From contig JAVYNJ010000024.1 in NCBI GenBank assembly GCA_038735675.1, positions 1-5,095 of the forward strand: DNA of 5,095 bases, written 5' to 3'. This DNA is from Nanopusillaceae archaeon. Its GTDB lineage: Archaea > Nanobdellota > Nanobdellia > Nanobdellales > Nanobdellaceae. Positions 1 to 5,095 of the stretch are shown here, one piece after another (the first letter of the stretch is position 1; each line of letters starts with the position of its first letter). Below the pieces are notes generated by a model, which did no database searches, was not told the DNA's origin, and saw only the letters and a program-made list of their open reading frames with translations. The translations under genes and the position numbers were made by a program.

Positions 1-4
1 GTTC

Positions 5-181
5 TCATTTATTTATTATATTTTCTAAAAGCACAATTAATATAGCAGATAATAAAGAACTCAAAATGTTATATGGTATAAAGAACATAAAAGCCATTAA
101 GTATGGTGCAATAAGATTAAAAGTTATGTATATTATCACAGTATAAATAACTATCTTAATTAAAATATTTTTTGTGTTCAT
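5..181 (-). CDS. hypothetical small membrane protein (58 aa), not in the supplied ORF track
   Basis: Hand translation of the minus strand: ATG at 181-179, TGA at 7-5, 177 nt. Product is MNTKNILIKIVIYTVIIYITFNLIAPYLMAFMFFIPYNILSSLLSAILIVLLENIINK, with two long hydrophobic stretches. It is on the same strand as, and 35 nt downstream of, the methyltransferase gene. In DNA this AT-rich, Ile/Phe/Leu/Asn/Lys-rich ORFs also arise by chance, so this is weak. Confidence 0.3.
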   Translation of the reverse strand: MNTKNILIKIVIYTVIIYITFNLIAPYLMAFMFFIPYNILSSLLSAILIVLLENIINK

Positions 182-216
182 AAAGAATTAGGATATTTTA
201 AAAATTAAAAATATTT

Positions 217-867
217 TTAATCTATTTTAGATATCTTAACTAAATATAAACTTTCTAAGAAAAAATCAATTTTTTCAATTAAAGTAAATTTGTATTTATC
301 AGAAAAATCATTAAAAATTTTTTTAGGATCATTGAAAGAAGACATAATAATTAGTGAAATACCATTTTTATTTAAATGATTTTCTAGATCATTTAAAAAT
401 CTTTCTATTAATTCTTTTCCACTTTTACCGCCACAAATCCATCTTCTTACATTTTCTTCTTCTTTATCGATTTCAGGTAAATATGGGGGATTAAATAATA
501 TTACATCAAATTTTTCATTAATGTTTTCGAACAAATCTGATAAAATAAATTTTACTGGAAATTTAAAGTTGTCAACAATATTATAAAGTCTTTCTAGATC
601 TTCTTTTGGATTTATATAATTTAAATAAAAATTTATCTTAGCTAATTTGATGCAGTTATTATCTATATCTGAAAAAGTAACTTTTTTAGTATATTTATAA
701 GCTTCTAGACCTTGAATTCCAGTTCCACAACCTAAATCCAAAACTTTTTTATTTTCACAAAATTTTGGAATATATTTATTCAATAACAAAGAATCTTCTA
801 ATGGTGGATAACATTCTAAATCTTTAAATTTATAGTATATTTTTAAATCAGAGATTTTTACAAACAT
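217..867 (-). CDS. SAM-dependent N5-glutamine methyltransferase, Mtq2/HemK(PrmC)-related archaeal type (probable release-factor GGQ methylase)
   Basis: 216-aa ORF. It has the SAM-binding motif I VLDLGCGTG and the catalytic NPPY tetrapeptide (ILFNPPYLP). The N-terminal YPPLEDSLLL matches the YxPxEDS/T motif of Mtq2-type enzymes. WICGGKSGKELIERF matches the conserved W-GG--G-----RF block. Substrate assignment is by family analogy only. Confidence 0.8.
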   Translation of the reverse strand: MFVKISDLKIYYKFKDLECYPPLEDSLLLNKYIPKFCENKKVLDLGCGTGIQGLEAYKYTKKVTFSDIDNNCIKLAKINFYLNYINPKEDLERLYNIVDNFKFPVKFILSDLFENINEKFDVILFNPPYLPEIDKEEENVRRWICGGKSGKELIERFLNDLENHLNKNGISLIIMSSFNDPKKIFNDFSDKYKFTLIEKIDFFLESLYLVKISKID

Positions 868-889
868 ATAAGATATTGCAAAAAAATAG

Positions 890-898
890 ATATAAAAA
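890..898 (-). promoter_or_regulatory. candidate archaeal TATA box for a leaderless methyltransferase mRNA
   Basis: The minus strand reads TTTTTATAT (898->890), centred about 27 nt upstream of the ATG at 867. That is the spacing expected between an archaeal TATA box and the start site of a leaderless transcript. No Shine-Dalgarno-like purine tract precedes the ATG. Low specificity because the whole region is A/T-rich. Confidence 0.3.
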
Positions 899-1047
899 TG
901 TGGTTTGGATAATTTTAACTTTATTTATAGTTCTTGTAAGCAGTGATCTCAAGATCGAAAATATTTATTGAAGTAAAAAGCCAGGAGAGTTTTTTGTAAT
1001 ATTTATAATTAAAAAGTTAAAATTCATTATTTAAAGCTAAAATTGTA

Positions 1048-1097
1048 TCTGTTTCCGGGTTCTTCATCATTTTCTCAGCAGCGGCAAAACTCTTCAT
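1048..1097 (-). ncRNA. candidate archaeal C/D box sRNA (2'-O-methylation guide)
   Basis: Minus strand 1097->1048 reads AUGAAGA (C, 1 mismatch to RUGAUGA), GUUUUGCCGCUG (12 nt), CUGA (D', perfect), GAAA, AUGAUGA (C', perfect), AGAACCCGGAAA (12 nt), CAGA (D, 1 mismatch to CUGA). Both spacers are exactly 12 nt. The segment is about 45% G+C by hand count, against very AT-rich flanks. No clear terminal stem is present. Confidence 0.45.
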
Positions 1098-1103
1098 AAA
1101 AAA

Positions 1104-1514
1104 TCAAATGATATTATAGTTTTTAAAATTTAGTTTTTTTATTATGTTATACAAAACTTTAAAATTATTTATTAAAAATAAGTGTGAGTTATCTTTACAA
1201 TCCGAATTTCCAAAATTTTTTATAAAATTAAAATATTTTTCAAATATTTTAGAGATCTTTTCTTCTTCTTTTTTATTAGATTCTTTTATAAATATTTTTC
1301 TTATTATAAAACTGTCATTTGTAGTTAGATAATCTATGTGCCATTTAATTTTTTTATCTTTTTTTAAATGTCTTAATATTCTTTTTTCTAAATTATTCAT
1401 TGCAGATCCGATATAAATATAGTATCCTTTTTTAAATATAATTTTACCTAGTTTTCCAACTTCAATTTCACAGTCATTTAAACATTCTAATAATAAGAGA
1501 TAAGTTCCCTTCAT
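1104..1514 (-). CDS. DUF123-family GIY-YIG superfamily protein (putative nuclease, function unknown)
   Basis: 136-aa ORF. It has a GIY-like start (KGTYLLLL), a YIG-like block (GYYIYIGSA), the conserved RILRHL arginine, WHIDYL, and the C-terminal FGNSDCKDNSHLF block. These match my recollection of the archaeal DUF123 (PF01986) signature. Confidence 0.8.
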   Translation of the reverse strand: MKGTYLLLLECLNDCEIEVGKLGKIIFKKGYYIYIGSAMNNLEKRILRHLKKDKKIKWHIDYLTTNDSFIIRKIFIKESNKKEEEKISKIFEKYFNFIKNFGNSDCKDNSHLFLINNFKVLYNIIKKLNFKNYNII

Positions 1515-1533
1515 TATAAAATTTTTAAATTAA

Positions 1534-1547
1534 TTTAAAAAATATTT
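1534..1547. promoter_or_regulatory. candidate shared or divergent TATA element between the DUF123 gene and tyrS
   Basis: TTTAAAAAATATTT contains the perfect palindrome AAATATTT (1540-1547). Its centre lies about 29 nt from the DUF123 ATG (1514, minus strand). It lies about 28-32 nt from the ATT 1571 / ATG 1575 cluster on the plus strand. This fits leaderless divergent transcription and places the tyrS transcript start near 1567-1575, well upstream of the tracked TTG at 1619. Low specificity in AT-rich DNA. Confidence 0.25.
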
Positions 1548-1618
1548 ACTAATGACATTCAATTTTCGGTATTGATGAAAAAATTTCTTTAATAACTAAA
1601 GAACCAACAATAGAAGTT

Positions 1619-2704
1619 TTGACTTTAGATAGATTAAAGGAATTATTAGAAAAAGGTGAAAAATTAAGACATTACATAGGATTTGAGATTTCAGGATTTG
1701 TCCATTTAGGAACAGGATTAATATGTATGAATAAAGTAGCTGATTTTCAAAAAGCCGGAATAGAAACAAATATATTCTTAGCAGATTATCACTCATGGAT
1801 AAATAAAAAACTTGGCGGCGATATAGAATTAATAAGAAAAATAGGAAGTGGTTATTTCAAAGAAGCTTTAAAAATTTCTTTAAAGTGTGTTGGTGGAGAT
1901 CCTGACAAAGCAAAATTTATTTTTGGTTATGAATTGTATGAAAAATTAGGAATAGAATTTTTTACAAAAGTATTAAAAATTTCAATGAATTTAACTTTGG
2001 CTAGAGCGAAGAGAGGATTGACAATATTAGGAAGAAAGCAAAAAGAAAATATAACTCTAGCTCAATTAATATATATTCCAATGCAAGTTGCAGATATTTT
2101 TTCTTTAAATGTCAATATCGCTCATGGAGGATTGGATCAAAGAAAGGCACATGTAATTGCTTTAGAAGTTTGTGAAGAATTTGGATATAAACCTATTGCT
2201 ATTCATCATAGATTACTGACCGGACTACATATTGACGAAAATATAAGAAAAAAATTGTTAGAGGCAAAAAATAAAGGAGATAGAGAACTTTTTGAAGAAG
2301 GAATAATAGATATAAAAATGTCAAAGTCAAAACCAAATTCGGCAATTTTTATTCATGATACAGAAGAGGAAATAAAGAATAAGATTATGAAAGCATATTG
2401 TCCTCCAAAAGAAATAGAGCTAAACCCTGTTTTTGAAATAGCAGAATTAATTATATTTCCATATTTAATTAAAAATAATAGGGAATTTGAAATAAAAAAC
2501 TTAAAAACCGGAGAATTAAGAAAATATAATTCAATAAATCATTTTAGAGAAGAATATATTTCTGGAAAAATCCATCCTTTAGATTTAAAAAATTCAGTTT
2601 CAGAATACCTTATAGAATTATTGGAACCTGCTAGAAAATATTTTTTAGATGGACCTGGGAAAAAATATTTAGAAGAATTGAAAAGCCTAATTATAACTAG
2701 ATAA
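1619..2704 (+). CDS. tyrS: tyrosyl-tRNA synthetase, archaeal type (class I); true 5' end probably lies upstream near 1571-1577
   Basis: Block-by-block resemblance to Methanocaldococcus jannaschii TyrRS as I recall it. [13 protein letters not shown] matches YIGFEPSGKIHLG, and LADYHSWIN matches [28 protein letters not shown] matches IYPIMQVNDI..GGMEQRKIH, with the Tyr-binding Tyr, Gln and Asp conserved. KMSKSKP followed by [14 protein letters not shown] matches [43 protein letters not shown] matches LHPMDLKNAVAEELIKILEPIRK. The tracked start codon at 1619 is TTG, not ATG. See the finding on the N-terminus. Confidence 0.9.
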   Translation: MTLDRLKELLEKGEKLRHYIGFEISGFVHLGTGLICMNKVADFQKAGIETNIFLADYHSWINKKLGGDIELIRKIGSGYFKEALKISLKCVGGDPDKAKFIFGYELYEKLGIEFFTKVLKISMNLTLARAKRGLTILGRKQKENITLAQLIYIPMQVADIFSLNVNIAHGGLDQRKAHVIALEVCEEFGYKPIAIHHRLLTGLHIDENIRKKLLEAKNKGDRELFEEGIIDIKMSKSKPNSAIFIHDTEEEIKNKIMKAYCPPKEIELNPVFEIAELIIFPYLIKNNREFEIKNLKTGELRKYNSINHFREEYISGKIHPLDLKNSVSEYLIELLEPARKYFLDGPGKKYLEELKSLIITR

Positions 2705-2735
2705 CTTTTATTTTTTTCTTTGGTAAATTTAATGA

Positions 2736-4070
2736 ATGAATATTTTTAATAATCAAAGAATAGGGGAATTATTGAAAAGCAGAATTAAAATTTCTGATCT
2801 TGAAAAGGTTGAATATAACAGAGAAGTTGTAGTTTCTGGATGGATTACTAATATAAAAAACATGGGAAAAATATGTTTTATTGTTTTAAAAGATAAAAGC
2901 GGAGAAGTTCAATTAACTTTAAAGGAGGAAAATTTGGGAAATTTAGATTTTGTAAAAGATCTTTCTTTACATACTTTCATAGTTGCAAGAGGAAAGTATA
3001 TAAAAGGAATTGCTAAAAAATGGAAAGAAATTGTTGTAGAAGAAATATATGTTTTAGGAGAAATAGCAAGACCATTACCAATAGAATCAAGATCTACATT
3101 AGAAAAAAGATTAGATTATAGATGGATAGATTTAAGAGATGATAAAAATTCCTTTCCAATAATTATGATATCTGATTTTGTTAAATATAGTAGAGAATTT
3201 TTCTATAAAAATGGATTTGTAGAAATATTTACTCCTAAGATATTAGGAACACCATCTGAGGGAGGTGCAGAAGTATTTGAAATACAATATTTCAGTAGAA
3301 AAGCCTATTTAGCTCAATCTCCACAATTCTATAAGCAAATGGCAATAGTATCTGGGTTTGAAAAAGTTTTCGAAATTTCTCATGCATATAGAGCTGAACC
3401 TTCTTTTACTACAAGACACTTAACAGAATTTATATCTTTAGATGTGGAAGTCGGATACATATCCTCACATCATGATGTAATGGATATTCTAGAGAATTTA
3501 ATTGTTTATACTTTAAATAAACTTAAGGAAGAAAGAGAAGAAGAAATAAGAAAATATTATAATCAAGAAATAAATATTCCTTCGAAAATTCCAAGAATAA
3601 AAATGGAAGAAGCTTATGAGATAATAGGCAAAGAAAATATAAAGCCAAATGGAGACATAACTCCAGCAGGAGAAAGAATACTCGGAGAATATGTAAAGAA
3701 TACTTATAATTCAGAGTTTTTCTTTTTAATAGACTGGCCGTGGGATGCAAGGCCTTTCTATCATATGAAAGGAGAACCAATGAAAAATGGAAAAGAAACA
3801 ACAAAGAGCTTTGACTTAATATATCGAGGATTAGAAGTAGCTACTGGAGCCCAAAGAGAACATAGATATTCAATTTTATTGAAACAAATTAGAGAAAAAG
3901 GATTGAATGAAAAAAATTTAGAATTTTTCTTAGAGTTTTTTAAATACGGTTCTCCAACGATGGGTGGATTTGGATTTGGTGTTGAAAGATTTATAAAACA
4001 GCTATTGGGAATAGAAAATATAAGAGAAGTAGCATTCTTACCGAGAGACCCTAATAGAATATATCCATAA
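2736..4070 (+). CDS. aspS: aspartyl-tRNA synthetase, archaeal/eukaryotic type (class IIb)
   Basis: 444-aa ORF. It has an N-terminal OB-fold anticodon-binding pattern (VVVSGWITNIKNMGKICFIVLKDKSGEVQL). It has LAQSPQFYKQ and class II motif 2, YRAEPSFTTRHLTEF. It also has the QREHR aspartate/ATP-site block and motif 3, GGFGFGVERF, followed by IREVAFLPRDPNR. Length and motifs fit the roughly 440-aa archaeal AspRS form. Confidence 0.92.
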   Translation: MNIFNNQRIGELLKSRIKISDLEKVEYNREVVVSGWITNIKNMGKICFIVLKDKSGEVQLTLKEENLGNLDFVKDLSLHTFIVARGKYIKGIAKKWKEIVVEEIYVLGEIARPLPIESRSTLEKRLDYRWIDLRDDKNSFPIIMISDFVKYSREFFYKNGFVEIFTPKILGTPSEGGAEVFEIQYFSRKAYLAQSPQFYKQMAIVSGFEKVFEISHAYRAEPSFTTRHLTEFISLDVEVGYISSHHDVMDILENLIVYTLNKLKEEREEEIRKYYNQEINIPSKIPRIKMEEAYEIIGKENIKPNGDITPAGERILGEYVKNTYNSEFFFLIDWPWDARPFYHMKGEPMKNGKETTKSFDLIYRGLEVATGAQREHRYSILLKQIREKGLNEKNLEFFLEFFKYGSPTMGGFGFGVERFIKQLLGIENIREVAFLPRDPNRIYP

Positions 4071-4074
4071 ATTT

Positions 4075-4824
4075 ATGAAAGAGGAAAAATTAGTAAAAAT
4101 AATAGGAGAAATCGGAATTGAAGGAGCTAGATATATCGAAGAAAATATAGACTTTCAATTTTTTGCTATAAAAAAATTATATAAAAATGTAAAAGACCTA
4201 GAATTAGTAATAAAGTTGGTTTTATTAAATTCTATCGTAAGTTATCAAATAAATTGTACAGGAGAAAAGTGGTGGATGGAATTTTCAAAATATTTTATTT
4301 TAAACAAAAATATAAAAAATGTTGTTTTAGATTACTTAAATTTTTTGAAAAATTCTAGATGTAATAAAAGATATTTAAATATTAAAATAAAAAGAATAAT
4401 TAAAATTTCTGATTTTATAGAAAAATTAGATTTAGAGAAAATAGATTTTTACTACAAAAATATGGTTTTTCTTAGAGATGATTTGTCAAGTTATCTGAAA
4501 TCTAATAAATCTTCCAAAACTATTTGCTTTTCTATAAAAATGTTTGGATATGCGTCTAGAATAATTTTTAAGAAATTCATACCATACCCTTTTGAAGTTG
4601 ATATCCCTCTGGATAGTAGAATAAAAAAATATACACAAAGATTTATTAAAAATAATTTTTTGGAATTTTGGAGAAAAATTTCTTATAAATCAGGAGTTCC
4701 TCCATTACATATAGATTCTATATTATGGCCATTTTTAAATAAAAAACTAAATTTAAAATGTTTTAAAAAATTAAAAAATTTTAATAAAATAAATTTAATT
4801 TTTGATTTATTAAATATTAAATAA
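4075..4824 (+). CDS. AGOG-family N-glycosylase/DNA lyase (archaeal 8-oxoguanine DNA glycosylase), divergent
   Basis: 249-aa ORF with blocks I recognise from the archaeal GO-glycosylase family. These are LNSIVSYQINCTGEKWWMEF, KTICFSIKMFGYA (candidate catalytic Lys), DIPLDSRI (candidate catalytic Asp) and PPLHIDSILW. The ATG lies only 4 nt after the aspS stop. The sequence is low-complexity and Lys/Asn-rich, so the call is less secure than for the synthetases. Confidence 0.7.
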   Translation: MKEEKLVKIIGEIGIEGARYIEENIDFQFFAIKKLYKNVKDLELVIKLVLLNSIVSYQINCTGEKWWMEFSKYFILNKNIKNVVLDYLNFLKNSRCNKRYLNIKIKRIIKISDFIEKLDLEKIDFYYKNMVFLRDDLSSYLKSNKSSKTICFSIKMFGYASRIIFKKFIPYPFEVDIPLDSRIKKYTQRFIKNNFLEFWRKISYKSGVPPLHIDSILWPFLNKKLNLKCFKKLKNFNKINLIFDLLNIK

Positions 4825-4845
4825 TTTATCTTAAAAAATATCTTT

Positions 4846-5095
4846 ATGGAATCTCTTTTAGTAAAATATCTTGTTACTTTTTTAGTTGGTTTAATTTTTG
4901 GAATTGAAAGAGAAATAAAAGCAAAGCCTGCAGGAATGAGGACTCATATTTTGGTAGCTGTTGGTGCTTTAACTTTTACTTTAGTTGCTATAGATTTTTT
5001 TGGTGCTGAAGCAGCAAGGATTGTTGCAAATCTCATTGTAGGAATTGGTTTTATTGGGGCCGGAACTATAATGAAATATGAAGAAAAAGTTATAG
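4846..5095 (+). CDS. MgtC/SapB-family membrane protein, N-terminal fragment (runs off the window)
   Basis: Hand translation from ATG 4846 gives MESLLVKYLVTFLVGLIFGIEREIKAKPAGMRTHILVAVGALTFTLVAIDFFGAEAARIVANLIVGIGFIGAGTIMKYEEKVI. It carries the family signature G-ERE----AG-RTH-LV--G-A and IGF-GAG. The frame is open to the last base of the window. It is not in the ORF track because it has no stop. Confidence 0.8.
   Translation, partial: MESLLVKYLVTFLVGLIFGIEREIKAKPAGMRTHILVAVGALTFTLVAIDFFGAEAARIVANLIVGIGFIGAGTIMKYEEKVI

Noticed and set aside
66-146. 26-aa plus-strand mini-ORF (MLYGIKNIKAIKYGAIRLKVMYIITV)
   Set aside because: It is shorter than, and antisense to, the 58-aa minus-strand ORF. 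It has no motif or expression signals.
898-912. Tiny plus-strand ORF ATG TGG TTT GGA TAA (MWFG)
   Set aside because: Four codons with no context. The ATG overlaps the candidate TATA box of the oppositely oriented methyltransferase gene.
945-956. Inverted repeat GATCT-CA-AGATC
   Set aside because: A 5-bp stem with a 2-nt loop is too tight to form a meaningful hairpin. It is short enough to occur by chance, and no matching partner site exists elsewhere in the window. It is mentioned only as part of the unexplained spacer.
1017-1097. 26-aa minus-strand mini-ORF MKSFAAAEKMMKNPETDTILALNNEF, overlapping the GC-richer patch
   Set aside because: Its ATG is the first three bases of the putative C box. 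No ribosome-binding or promoter signal is specific to it, and I recognise no peptide family. The exact C/12/D'/C'/12/D spacing explains the sequence better. It is kept as the explicit alternative hypothesis to the sRNA call.
1144-1332. 62-aa plus-strand ORF from the track
   Set aside because: It lies entirely antisense to the well-supported DUF123 CDS. The product is low-complexity and Leu/Ile/Phe/Lys-rich with no recognisable motif. It is a typical shadow ORF in AT-rich DNA, where stop codons on the opposite strand are depleted by the real gene's codon usage.
1572-1578. TTGATGA on the plus strand as a possible C box of a second C/D sRNA
   Set aside because: The first position is not a purine. 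No CUGA or near-CUGA follows at 12 nt; the downstream sequence is aaaaatttcttt then aata. There is no second box pair. The motif is better explained as part of the tyrS start region.
1596-1796. 66-aa minus-strand ORF from the track
   Set aside because: It is antisense to the 5' end of tyrS, including the conserved HIGH-motif region. The sequence is hydrophobic and low-complexity with no motif, so it is a shadow ORF.
2731-2740. aatg-aatg-aa tandem, with an alternative ATG at 2732 in front of aspS
   Set aside because: ATG 2732 opens a 5-codon frame (ATG AAT GAA TAT TTT TAA). Only ATG 2736 is in frame with AspRS. The duplication is too short to count as a repeat.
3523-3804. 93-aa minus-strand ORF from the track
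   Set aside because: It lies fully inside and antisense to aspS. It is Leu/Phe-rich with no recognisable domain, so it is a shadow ORF.
1-5095. Scan for CRISPR repeats, IS or terminal inverted repeats, integrase or transposase ORFs, tRNA or rRNA genes, and toxin-antitoxin or defence-type gene pairs
   Set aside because: I could detect no spaced direct repeats, long inverted repeats or GC-rich cloverleaf-capable segments. Every ORF of 130 aa or more has a housekeeping or repair-family assignment. There is no evidence for a mobile or defence island in this window.

Overview
Gene-dense, extremely AT-rich window (by eye about three quarters A+T) with an archaeal housekeeping character. I found no defence system, mobile element, CRISPR array, tRNA or rRNA. 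On the minus strand there are three ORFs: a possible 58-aa membrane ORF (5-181, absent from the ORF track), an Mtq2/HemK-family NPPY methyltransferase (217-867), and a DUF123-type GIY-YIG protein (1104-1514). On the plus strand there is a tightly packed run with spacers of 31, 4 and 21 nt: archaeal-type tyrosyl-tRNA synthetase (1619-2704 as tracked), archaeal-type aspartyl-tRNA synthetase (2736-4070), an AGOG-like 8-oxoguanine N-glycosylase/DNA lyase (4075-4824), and the 5' part of an MgtC/SapB-family membrane protein (4846 to the window end). Two observations deserve follow-up. (1) The only locally GC-enriched intergenic patch (minus strand, 1097->1048) has the box order and symmetric 12-nt spacers of an archaeal C/D box sRNA, starting 6 nt after the DUF123 stop codon. 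(2) The tyrS reading frame stays open and TyrRS-like for about 16 codons upstream of the tracked TTG start. No canonical start exists in that frame. An ATG at 1575 is out of frame by exactly one base across an A6 run. The three remaining track ORFs (1144-1332 +, 1596-1796 -, 3523-3804 -) are antisense shadow ORFs. All family calls rest on motif recognition from memory, not database searches.
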